A DNA stretch of 61,113 nt from a bacterium (lineage in GTDB: Bacteria > Patescibacteriota > Minisyncoccia > Phycocordibacterales > UBA9973): assembly GCA_021831595.1 (NCBI GenBank), contig JAKBMK010000025.1, forward strand, positions 1 to 61,113, read 5' to 3'. How positions within the stretch are numbered: position 1 is the stretch's first letter; each line of letters starts with the position of its first letter. Positions 10,055 through 19,138 of this stretch are shown one piece after another. The notes beneath the pieces are model-generated. The model did no database searches, was not told the DNA's origin, and saw only the letters and a list, made by a program, of their open reading frames with translations. A program made the translations under genes and the position numbers.

Positions 10055-10861
10055 ATGAATAACCAAAAAGACAACCAAAAGACAGGTTTGAATTCATACG
10101 GACAGTCAAATGTCCTAGACGTAAAAACGTTTGGTAATAAGCATGTTTATGAGTTTGCAAACAAAAAGACAGAGAAGCTCGTAACCGCTCTCTACATGGT
10201 TACAGATTGTATGGATACCGACGATGCACTGAAGGGGAAGTTACGCCAACTAGGAGTAGAATTGCTATCGGACATGTACAAACTTTCAACCCTTTCTCCG
10301 ATGGATAAACACATGCATTTGGGTGCCTCAATGTCGCGAGTAGATGAGATACTTTCGTTCGTAGAAATAGCCTACACAATCGGATTCATCTCAGAGATGA
10401 ATACGATGATATTGAAGAAAGAATTTATGATCCTGATAGGGGAGCTCGAGAGTCATCAGAAGAAGGACAAACACTTCACATTTACACTCGACGAAGAGAT
10501 GTTCTCTCTACCAGTTTTGCCAGAAGAAAATATCTCGAATAATGGAAATAATTTGGTAAAGGACAAAAGGACAAACTTCAACAATATGTCCTATACAAAT
10601 CCTGCATTGAGACATTCCATAAACCAAACACCAACAACCAAAAACCATATTCATTCTGTCTCTGATAAGAAAGAAAGAACTGACAAAATTCTTGCCTTGA
10701 TAAAGGACAAAGAAGTTTCCATAAAGGACATCTCAATTGCTTTCACGGACTGCTCAGAAAAGACAATCCAACGCGAACTGAACTCTCTCGTCGCAAAAGG
10801 ACAAATAAAGAAAACTGGATCCAAACGTTGGTCCCGCTACAAGTTAGTGGCTAGTAATTAG
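10055..10861 (+). CDS. Four-helix-bundle-like N-terminal domain plus C-terminal DeoR-type wHTH
   Basis: KTEKLVTALYMVTD...LKGKLR helical N-terminus and VSIKDIS...CSEKTIQRELNSLVAKGQIKKTGSKRWSRY. Confidence 0.75.
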   Translation: MNNQKDNQKTGLNSYGQSNVLDVKTFGNKHVYEFANKKTEKLVTALYMVTDCMDTDDALKGKLRQLGVELLSDMYKLSTLSPMDKHMHLGASMSRVDEILSFVEIAYTIGFISEMNTMILKKEFMILIGELESHQKKDKHFTFTLDEEMFSLPVLPEENISNNGNNLVKDKRTNFNNMSYTNPALRHSINQTPTTKNHIHSVSDKKERTDKILALIKDKEVSIKDISIAFTDCSEKTIQRELNSLVAKGQIKKTGSKRWSRYKLVASN

Positions 10862-11036
10862 TGATTAGTGACTAGTATTAAGCCCCCGAAAGCTTCGCTT
10901 TCGGGGGTGTGTTTTATTGTATTTTTTTCTAAAACCTAGTCACTCACTGCTAATCACTGCCCATTAATCACTAGCTACTAGCCCCTAATCTTGAGCCCCA
11001 TACTAGTCACTATTCACTAGCTACTAGAAGCTAATC
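10844..11036. repeat. Degenerate heptamer (YTAGTGA / reverse complement) arrays flanking a hairpin
   Basis: TTAGTGG CTAGTAA TTAGTGA TTAGTGA CTAGTAT at 10844-10878, with the reverse-orientation array at 10936-11036. Confidence 0.75.
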
Positions 11037-11155
11037 TTTTGGCCCACTTATCCACACCCTTATAGCATAAGGGCTTGCATATAAATGCCCCCCATTATAT
11101 AATCTTATTGTATATTAGTGTATTGGCATTTTTATGCATTTATGCTAGTATATAG

Positions 11156-11844
11156 TATCCCTGTATGTGTGGCTTAAAACCTCGCAAACGGGATAAGATC
11201 ATTGAAAATAAAATACCATTAATTTCTAATACCAAGAAGGTAATGGCCCTTTCGTTTTCATTGGTCAATCCATTTAGTTTCTTACGATTTTCTTTCCGTT
11301 TTCTTTGCTCATTTTTTCTTCTTTAGACCCGACAATTTTTTGATAGAGAAATTTTGTTTGAGGGATAATGAAAGTAGAAGAGCACATTGTGCATTTCTTT
11401 GATATTTATCCGCCAAACAATTTTTTGATAGAGAATAAATTGTGGCGGAGAGAAGAGAAATAGCATAGAGGACTCGCAAGAATATTTTAAAATTCTAAAT
11501 GTGTATCGGCCCTGTCGACAAGGCAGATATGCTTGTCTATATTTGTAAAGAATTCACTAAAAGAATTTTTTATAAATGAAGCAAGCAGATCATGGTTTAT
11601 GAATTTCGTTTACTATTCTAAATTTTGTTCCTAGTCTATATATAACTTTTTTGATAGAGAGAAGTACGTAGATAAGTTTCAAAGTTTAGAAGTTCAGTAA
11701 AAGATTATTCTTTACTATTAAAAAGTATAGAGTAATCAAATATACACACACATTGGTTTTTTCTGGGGAGTATTATTATTTTATTAGTCACTCCACTAGA
11801 CAAGTCGAAATCAATTTAAACGTGTATAAAAAATAATTAAAAAT
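11156..11844 (+). ncRNA. Candidate long structured 5' leader or ncRNA
   Basis: No long ORF, many stems, and three hairpins with loop TTTTTTGATAGAGA. Confidence 0.55.
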
Positions 11845-13638
11845 ATGTTAAAAAAATATTTAATCGGAACATTAGCTGTAGCAGCTTTACTCATAGGAGT
11901 AACAGCAGCAGCAGCTGATTTCGGTACAACAACTTTGAGAGTTGGAAGTAAGGGTGAAGCTGTGAAAGCAGTTCAAACTCTTGTCGGAGCATCTCCAGTT
12001 GATGGAATCTACGGAAGAATAACAGCTGCAAAGGTAAAGGTATGGCAAGCAGCTAACGGCTTAACAGCTGACGGAGTTTTTGGTCCAGCATCAAAAGCTA
12101 AAGCAGGTTCAGTAACAACAGTTCCTACAACACCTGGTACAACAGTAGCAGGATGTCCAGCAGGCGCATTGTTCAATTCATTGACAGGCGCACCATGTAC
12201 ATCAACTACACCTTCAACAGGTACAGTTACAACAACAGGAGCTGAAGGATCAGTTGCAGTATCTTACGATGGAGCACCAGCAAATGGTCTTACTATCAAT
12301 AAAGGTGAGAACAAAGACGTTTTAGCTATCAAAGTTAAAGCTCAAGGTTCAGACATGAAAGTTACACGCGTATGGGTAGATGTCGGTTCACGCGTATGGC
12401 TATCTGCAGATACAGTTACTCTAAAGGATGGTTCAACAGTTCTTGCAACTCTTCCTTTGACAGCTTCTACAGTTACAGAAGTTACAGCTGGATCAGCATA
12501 CAGACTTGAATTCAATGGATTAAACTTCGTAGTTGCAAAAGACACTACAAAAGTTTTGACAATGAATGTTAACCGCCCAACTCTTACAACAAACGATGAT
12601 GACTGGACAGTTTCAGCTATTTCAGTCAGAGCAGTTGACGGAGCAGGTATCACAGATACTTATCCTCTAGCTGGTCGTTCAGTAGTTATGGGAGACACAA
12701 CAGCTGCAACAGGAACAATGACAGTATCTTTGAATGCAAATTCACCACTTGATATGTCAGTTTCTGGTCTAAGTTCAACATCAGGCGTTACAACAAATGT
12801 TAAGTTGATGGACTTTGATGTTAAAGCTACAGACGGACCATTGAATGTTACAGAAATCGTAGGAACACTTACTTCTTCAAGAGCAACAGACGTTGCTTCT
12901 CTAGAACTTCGTGATGGCACAACAGTACTTGATTCAGTAACAGTAGGTGCTAATACATTATTAGCAGCTAATGCGTTTGATTTCACAGAACTAAGTGTTG
13001 ATGTAGCAAAAGACACCACAAAGACATTGTCTGTATATGCTGTTGTAAATAGCATTACAGCTACAACTGGAGTTACAGCAGGAGACTCAATCAAAGCTAC
13101 TGTAACAAAGGTATATGCTACATCTGGCCCAACATTTACATCTAAGAATCAAACAAGCCTATCAGTCGCAGGAAACACAATGCATTTGTTCAAGTATGCT
13201 CCTACACTCACATTGGGTGCAGTTTCAGCAGTACAAGCTGATGAGTCTACTTCAACAACAGTACAAAAGGGTGCTAACTACTCTATTGCATTTACAGTTG
13301 CCGCTCCATCAGGAAGTGACATCTATGTAGATACAACATTGGTTCTTGCTTCAACAGGTAAAACAGTTGATAAAGGAGCAGCAATTCAGACAACTTCAAC
13401 AGTATCAGGGGTAACTTCACAAGGAAGTACAACTCCTGCATCTGATAAGATTGCCGCAGGTACATCAAGAACATTTACTATAACAGGTTATGTTCCACAT
13501 GGTGGATCAGCTGCTGGATTTACAGCTATGTCTCTAGCAAGTATTCCTTGGAGTACAACTGCTGATGATTCAGATCAGATTGCACAAACATGGGGTCTTT
13601 CAGACTTCAAAACAGCTTCAGTATACGTAACTCAATAA
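11845..13638 (+). CDS. Secreted S-layer-like surface protein with peptidoglycan-binding domain
   Basis: Signal peptide, PG-binding motif LRVGSKGEAVKAVQ...DGIYG...WQAANGLTADGVFGPAS, a Cys loop GCPAGALFNSLTGAPC, a Thr/Val/Ser-rich body and strongly biased codons. Confidence 0.8.
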   Translation: MLKKYLIGTLAVAALLIGVTAAAADFGTTTLRVGSKGEAVKAVQTLVGASPVDGIYGRITAAKVKVWQAANGLTADGVFGPASKAKAGSVTTVPTTPGTTVAGCPAGALFNSLTGAPCTSTTPSTGTVTTTGAEGSVAVSYDGAPANGLTINKGENKDVLAIKVKAQGSDMKVTRVWVDVGSRVWLSADTVTLKDGSTVLATLPLTASTVTEVTAGSAYRLEFNGLNFVVAKDTTKVLTMNVNRPTLTTNDDDWTVSAISVRAVDGAGITDTYPLAGRSVVMGDTTAATGTMTVSLNANSPLDMSVSGLSSTSGVTTNVKLMDFDVKATDGPLNVTEIVGTLTSSRATDVASLELRDGTTVLDSVTVGANTLLAANAFDFTELSVDVAKDTTKTLSVYAVVNSITATTGVTAGDSIKATVTKVYATSGPTFTSKNQTSLSVAGNTMHLFKYAPTLTLGAVSAVQADESTSTTVQKGANYSIAFTVAAPSGSDIYVDTTLVLASTGKTVDKGAAIQTTSTVSGVTSQGSTTPASDKIAAGTSRTFTITGYVPHGGSAAGFTAMSLASIPWSTTADDSDQIAQTWGLSDFKTASVYVTQ

Positions 13639-13690
13639 TAGAGGAAGTATAGTAAAGATTGTGAAAAGTTATTACTCTTCAAAAGTATTC

Positions 13691-13720
13691 AAAAAACCAC
13701 CCAGAAATGGGTGGTTTTTT
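13691..13720 (+). terminator. Terminator hairpin (CACCC...GGGTG family)
   Basis: AAAAAACCACCCA-GAAA-TGGGTGGTTTTTT. Related copies lie near 17053, 18109, 40184 and 51021. Confidence 0.75.
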
Positions 13721-13746
13721 GTTGTCTATTTTGGTAATATTGTACT

Positions 13747-15816
13747 ATGAATAAGTTTCTAAAATTATGCTTACTGGCACTTGCTATCACTCCACTCATA
13801 CCAGATAATACGATTTTTACCCCAGAGAATAGTATCTTTTTTATGAGGACTATTTTGGTAATAATTGGTGTTATATTTTTAATAGGGTTTGTTTCATTAA
13901 AAGATTTTCGAACATCAATATCAGAAAGAATAAAGATATTTACTAGAAATCCTCTTTTTGTGTCTTTGGGATTATTTGTCTTATTTTTTACAATAAGTAC
14001 TATATTTGCATCAGATAAATATATAGCACTTTGGAGTAATACTGATCGCTTCGAAGGGCTGGTGGGGATTATGTATCTATTTTGTTTTTCAATTTTTTCT
14101 TTACTTATTTTCAAAAAGGAGGATTATTTTGATTTTTTTAAGTTAAGCCTTTTTGTTTCTTTCATCGTTTTAATTAAAGAATTTTCAGAATCATTCAGCG
14201 GAGCAGTTCGTCCCGATTCGTTTATCGGTAATCCTACCTTCCTTGCCGGATATTTACTCTTTTCAATTTTCTGTTCAATATTGGTATTCAAGGAGACAAA
14301 GAATAATTTCTTCAAATATTTCTCTGTCTTGATTTCTACTCTATCTATTATAGGTATCTTCCTTACACAAACGCGAGGGACTCTTTTAGGACTTGTCGCC
14401 GGAGTTGTCGCTCTCTTGTTCTATGGGGCTATCAAAGGAAGGGGTGTGTCTTTGAATAAACGGAAAATAAATAAACTATCCGTTATTATTCTATGTATAA
14501 TTTTTGTATCCTCTAGTATTTTTATTGCTACTCGCAAGAATGAAGTTTGGCAAAAAGTTCCAGGTTTATCGCGTGTTGCCCAGATAAGTAGTGAAGATAA
14601 TACAACCAAGACCAGATTGATAATGGGTCAGATAAGTATGAAGGCAGTGAACCCAAAGGAAGAGGGGATGAAGAAGTTTCTAATAGGTTGGGGGCCAGAA
14701 AATTTTAGTCTGGCTTATGCAAAATATTTTAATCCAGTTCAATTTAAATATGAAGTTGGTTGGTTTGATAGGTCTCATAATAGACTACTCGATGTATTAG
14801 TTATGACTGGGCTTTTAGGACTTTTGGCCTATCTTTCTATATGGTTTTTATTTTTTAAATTTATTTTTAAGACGAAAGGATTCTCCATTTTAAATATTGG
14901 CCTGATATTTTTTGGAGTTTCTCTTTTTGTTCATTTACTGTTTGTTTTTGACCAGATTACCACATCGGTACCATTTTTCATTGTGCTAGCCTTCTCTATT
15001 TACTTAATAGAGTCAGATAAATTTAAAGAGATTGAAACAAAAAAGAAGATTCACAAGGAAGTCAAAGACAACCTAGTAATTGCAATGGATGTTATATTCT
15101 TAATACAGATTTTGTTTATTGGTTTTGCTTATTTTAAGAATGATTTACCTGCCTTTATCCAAATAAAAGAATATGGTATCTTAAGAAAAGATAGTGAAAT
15201 CAGTAATATTTTACAAAATATAAACACAGTATTTGATCCATTTACATCTGCCCAGATGAGGATTAGATATGATTTTATGGGTTTTATTTCTAAGAATTAT
15301 GATGAGAAAAATGAGAAGATTAAAAAGTTATCAGATATTTCATTAAATAGAGCTGTAGAATATACAAAAAAAGTTCCTTTAGATTTACAATTTTCCAATT
15401 ATTTAGGATTAACATATGTCAATCAAGGTATAGCTACAAACGATTTAGAGAATTATAAAAAAGCTGAAGAAATTTTTAATAGGAATCTTGTTTATGCTCC
15501 AAATAAGTTAGATTTTAATTATGGTTTAGCTGTTAGTTGGTTCTATCAGAAGCGTTATGATGAAGCTTTCAGTAAATTTGAACAAATTTTTGATTTATCT
15601 CCAAGCTATTTTCAACAGAAAGAAGGGAAGGGACCTGAGAAGATTTATACCATGTTTATAAAATACTTTTATGATAAAAGAGACAAGACCAATTTTGTAA
15701 AGACGGCTAAGCGTTTGAAAGACAATGGTTTTGCTAATAGTCAGATCCTAGATCAAATAATCTCAATTATTGACGAGACTGGTACTTGGCCGTATATTAA
15801 TTTCAAAAATGACTGA
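13747..15816 (+). CDS. O-antigen ligase / oligosaccharyltransferase-like membrane protein with C-terminal TPR
   Basis: Multiple TMs, GNPTFLAGYL, TQTRG, GWGPENF and FDRSHN, followed by a helical TPR tail. Confidence 0.88.
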   Translation: MNKFLKLCLLALAITPLIPDNTIFTPENSIFFMRTILVIIGVIFLIGFVSLKDFRTSISERIKIFTRNPLFVSLGLFVLFFTISTIFASDKYIALWSNTDRFEGLVGIMYLFCFSIFSLLIFKKEDYFDFFKLSLFVSFIVLIKEFSESFSGAVRPDSFIGNPTFLAGYLLFSIFCSILVFKETKNNFFKYFSVLISTLSIIGIFLTQTRGTLLGLVAGVVALLFYGAIKGRGVSLNKRKINKLSVIILCIIFVSSSIFIATRKNEVWQKVPGLSRVAQISSEDNTTKTRLIMGQISMKAVNPKEEGMKKFLIGWGPENFSLAYAKYFNPVQFKYEVGWFDRSHNRLLDVLVMTGLLGLLAYLSIWFLFFKFIFKTKGFSILNIGLIFFGVSLFVHLLFVFDQITTSVPFFIVLAFSIYLIESDKFKEIETKKKIHKEVKDNLVIAMDVIFLIQILFIGFAYFKNDLPAFIQIKEYGILRKDSEISNILQNINTVFDPFTSAQMRIRYDFMGFISKNYDEKNEKIKKLSDISLNRAVEYTKKVPLDLQFSNYLGLTYVNQGIATNDLENYKKAEEIFNRNLVYAPNKLDFNYGLAVSWFYQKRYDEAFSKFEQIFDLSPSYFQQKEGKGPEKIYTMFIKYFYDKRDKTNFVKTAKRLKDNGFANSQILDQIISIIDETGTWPYINFKND

Positions 15817-16348
15817 AAGACTTTTTAAATTAATAGAAAAAATAGTTCCAAATAAATGGCATTGGGTTCTTCAGCATGAAGGGCACAAGAGGTACTTTGC
15901 GAATATGAGCTGGATGTTCGGAGGGCAGATGTTCTCGCTTCTCGTTTCTTTCTTCATTGGTGCCTGGGTTGCTCGCTATCTGGGTCCAGAGAATTACGGA
16001 GTACTGAACTATTCTATTGCATTTGTAGGAATATTTGGATTTATCGCTACACTGGGGATAGATAGTATTCTGAACAGGGAACTTGTTAAGACTCCTGAAA
16101 GAAAGGAAGAATTGCTAGGGACATCCTTCCTTTTGAAATTAATAGGTGGAGCTATCGCGTTCTCTCTAGCAATACTAAGTGTATTGATATTTCAATCCGA
16201 GCCACGAATCAAAATACTCGTGTCGTTGTTCGCTTTTTCTTTTATTTTGCAGTCTGTCAATGTCATAAGTATCTACTTTAATGCCGAAGTAAAGTCAAAG
16301 AATAATGTGAGGGCAAGTATTATTGCGACAATTATTTCATCGATATGA
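15809..16348 (+). pseudogene. Wzx-type flippase, N-terminal fragment truncated at a REP
   Basis: ARYLGPENYGVLNYSIAF...LGIDSILNRELVK. It is only ~179 aa and stops 5 nt before the hairpin at 16353. Confidence 0.82.
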
Positions 16349-16352
16349 AATA

Positions 16353-16388
16353 CGCAAGAACCGTTCTTGCGAAATATTCTTGCGAAAT
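16353..16388. repeat. REP-like palindrome family A plus half copy
   Basis: CGCAAGAAC-C-GTTCTTGCG followed by TTCTTGCGAAAT. Confidence 0.88.
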
Positions 16389-17054
16389 ATGGGGGCCACG
16401 GCTTTGCTTATTATCTGTATTTTCATGTTGGTTTTCTTTGTCTATCTGCCTATGGGCAAGGCCGTCTCCTACAATAAACTTATAAGTATGGGTATTGATG
16501 AACGTCCTAGCTATTACAAAGAATTGCTAGGGGGTTCTTCTGTCGGCAGTACGATAGATGCTAGTAGTATGGCCTCTACTGTATATGCTTATTATGCTGC
16601 CAATTTACCCCAGATCAAGAGCGATGTCAGTATGCGACCATATGTAGAAGCCGACTTAAAGGCTCTGACAGAATATTTGGATGAATTGATTTTAAAAAAT
16701 AATACAGATTTCCGCTTATACATTACCGATGTATTTTTGTACAACACTCTTACTACCTTATCTGAAAGACCTTACGATAAAGCTCTGGCCAACTATTTAT
16801 TTTCATTATTAGAAAAGGCTCACCGCCTTTCCCCGGCCAATCCGGAAGTGTATTGGGCGAGGGCCAACATCTATGCTTGGCAAGGGGATTTGAAATCGGC
16901 AGAGAATGCATACAAAGAAGCCGTCGCCTCAGACAGGGAAGCCCCTGGCTCTTACCGCCTCCTTATAAATTTTGCCAAAGTGGTAAAAAACCAAAAATTG
17001 TACGAAGAAACTCTAAAAGAAGTCCAAAAGCATATACCAGATTTTCAGTATTAA
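16389..17054 (+). pseudogene. TM+TPR fragment, probable C-terminal part of a second ligase-like gene
   Basis: Begins right after the REP. It has one TM helix, then LEKAHRLSPANPEVYWARANIYAWQGDLKSAENAYKEAV. Confidence 0.6.
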
Positions 17055-17096
17055 ACACCCATTTATGGGTGTTTTTTGTTTTGTGTTAAATAGTCA

Positions 17097-17139
17097 AACT
17101 TTATAAAGTTACCTTAATTTTGACTAACTTTATAAAGTT
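17097..17139. promoter_or_regulatory. Two perfect palindromic operators AACTTTATAAAGTT
   Basis: At 17097-17110 and 17126-17139, over the TTGACT...GATAAT promoter of the HTH-Fic gene. Confidence 0.7.
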
Positions 17140-17157
17140 TGATAATATATTAGATAT

Positions 17158-18084
17158 ATGAATATAAGGCAAAAACTTGAGATAATTAAGAAAAAATTAG
17201 GATTAACTCAGACAGAATTGGCAGAAAGATTTGGGGTTTCTTTTGTTGCCTTTAATAATTGGTGGCTAGGGAAGTCAATTCCTCGTAAAAAAGCAGAAGC
17301 CCTTATTGAAGATTTATTTTTGGAAGTTACAGGACAAAAAACAATTTCTATTGATAGACTCATAATAAAGAAAGAGAGACTACAAAAGAAATCTCTTGAA
17401 CACAAAAGTATTATAAATGAGATTTTGAATAATAAAGATATCTATGATGAATTTGTTTTAAAGCTTACTTATCATAGTAACAGCATAGAGGGTAGTACTC
17501 TTACAGAAGCTGATACGAAAGCAGTTCTCTTTGATAATGTTGCTTTGCAAAATAAGACATTGATTGAACAGTTGGAAGCAAAAAATCATCAAACGGCCTT
17601 AAATTATCTTTTTGATCATATTTTTAAAAAAAGAGAAATTAATGAAGATTTAATATTAAAACTTCACAGTATTCTTATGAATGGAATTAGACCAGATGCA
17701 GGATTCTATAGGAATCACGGAGTTCGAATTGTAGGAGTTAGCCTACCTACTGCCAATTATATAAGAGTTCCAGAAATAATTAAATCTATTATGATAAGTG
17801 TAAAAGGCATAAATAAAGATATTGTAAGTCTTTCCGCAAATGTGCATAGCCGTTTCGAGCAGGTTCATCCTTTTTCAGATGGGAATGGAAGAATCGGACG
17901 ATTGTTGATGACAGCAATGCTTTTAAAAGCAAACATGGCTCCAGCTGTTATCCATCAACAGCAAAAGCAGCTTTATTATACTTATCTTTATAAATCTCAA
18001 ACAAAAGATGACCAAAGTCAACTTGAGGATTTCTTGTGCGACACAATATTGAGTGGGTTTGATATCTTAGAACGAAATTTCTAA
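17158..18084 (+). CDS. XRE-HTH plus Fic domain protein
   Basis: LTQTELAERFGVSF HTH, SNSIEGS and the Fic motif HPFSDGNGRIGR. Confidence 0.93.
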   Translation: MNIRQKLEIIKKKLGLTQTELAERFGVSFVAFNNWWLGKSIPRKKAEALIEDLFLEVTGQKTISIDRLIIKKERLQKKSLEHKSIINEILNNKDIYDEFVLKLTYHSNSIEGSTLTEADTKAVLFDNVALQNKTLIEQLEAKNHQTALNYLFDHIFKKREINEDLILKLHSILMNGIRPDAGFYRNHGVRIVGVSLPTANYIRVPEIIKSIMISVKGINKDIVSLSANVHSRFEQVHPFSDGNGRIGRLLMTAMLLKANMAPAVIHQQQKQLYYTYLYKSQTKDDQSQLEDFLCDTILSGFDILERNF

Positions 18085-18156
18085 ACAGAATATAAACTCT
18101 CGAACCACAAAAAACACCCGTATGGGTGTTTTTTGTTTTGCCGAATTATCGAATTT

Positions 18157-18288
18157 CCCCCTCTCCAGTAATCTGGAGAGGGGTAGGGGTGAGGTGTATC
18201 GATCCCTCCTCCTCTCTCTCCTTCGATGCGCAAGGACCGTCCTTGCGCATTGCAGGGGGGGGCGGAAGCCTTCGGCTTCCGCCCCCTA
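18157..18288. repeat. Cluster of three different palindromes, including REP family C
   Basis: CCCCTCTCCAG-TAAT-CTGGAGAGGGG, ATGCGCAAGGAC-C-GTCCTTGCGCAT (18226-18250) and GGGGGCGGAAGCC-TTC-GGCTTCCGCCCCC. Confidence 0.8.
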
Positions 18289-18355
18289 TTTTGGTATTTT
18301 ATATGTATTTATGTTATCATTTAGCATATAATATGCGCTTTATTGCATACATTAA

Positions 18356-19135
18356 ATGATTAAAAGACATGAAAATTACAGAGAGTTAGTCTTGCGTCTT
18401 GCCAAGACAGACTTCAAGCTTCGCTACCACGGCAGTGCGCTCGGCTACTTGTGGGCTATCTTGAAGCCACTTCTCATGTTTACCGTTTTGAATTTTGTCT
18501 TCTCTTCACTTTTCAATTTTAGGAATTCTGGGACGCCGTACTACCCCCTAGAGCTCATAACTGCCATACTCCTCTTCCAATTCTTCTCCGAAGGGACGAC
18601 CAGCGGGATGAACTCTCTCGTCTCCAAAGCCCAGCTCGTCACGAAGATATACGTCCCTCGGTGGACTATCGTCTTGGGCTCTACGGTCAATGCACTTTTT
18701 GTTTTCTGTATGAATCTGATAGTGCTCGCTGTCTTCTTGGTCGCGTATAGCAAGCTCCCTAGCCTCCTTGGAGTAGTCATGTTCTTGGTGTATTCTATGC
18801 TCCTATACGTCCTCATCGTCTCATTCTCTTTGATCACGGCACCTCTATTCGTCCGCTTCCGAGACCTCAGTATGATCTGGGAGATCCTCCTATCTGTCTT
18901 GATGTATGCTGCTCCGATCGTCTACCCACTCTCAATGATTCCAGAGAAGTTTCGGCATTTAGTCTTGATAAATCCGCTTTCTTTCATTATCCATTTCGCC
19001 AAGCAAGCCCTCATCTCCAATGATTTTACGAAGTTTAGTCATTTTGCAATTCTCTTTTTGGGAGTGGCCAGTATCGCCACCGTCTCATTCTTAATATTTA
19101 AAAAGTCCGAAAGGAGTGTCGCAGAGCTTATATAG
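18356..19135 (+). CDS. wzm: Polysaccharide ABC transporter permease (Wzm)
   Basis: DFKLRYHGSALGYLWAILKPL, RFRDL, PIVYP and INPL. Confidence 0.92.
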   Translation: MIKRHENYRELVLRLAKTDFKLRYHGSALGYLWAILKPLLMFTVLNFVFSSLFNFRNSGTPYYPLELITAILLFQFFSEGTTSGMNSLVSKAQLVTKIYVPRWTIVLGSTVNALFVFCMNLIVLAVFLVAYSKLPSLLGVVMFLVYSMLLYVLIVSFSLITAPLFVRFRDLSMIWEILLSVLMYAAPIVYPLSMIPEKFRHLVLINPLSFIIHFAKQALISNDFTKFSHFAILFLGVASIATVSFLIFKKSERSVAELI

Positions 19136-19138
19136 TAT

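Noticed and set aside
11048-11056. DnaA box TTATCCACA (also at 34582-34590) as oriC
   Set aside because: These are isolated single boxes with no cluster and no dnaA or dnaN nearby.
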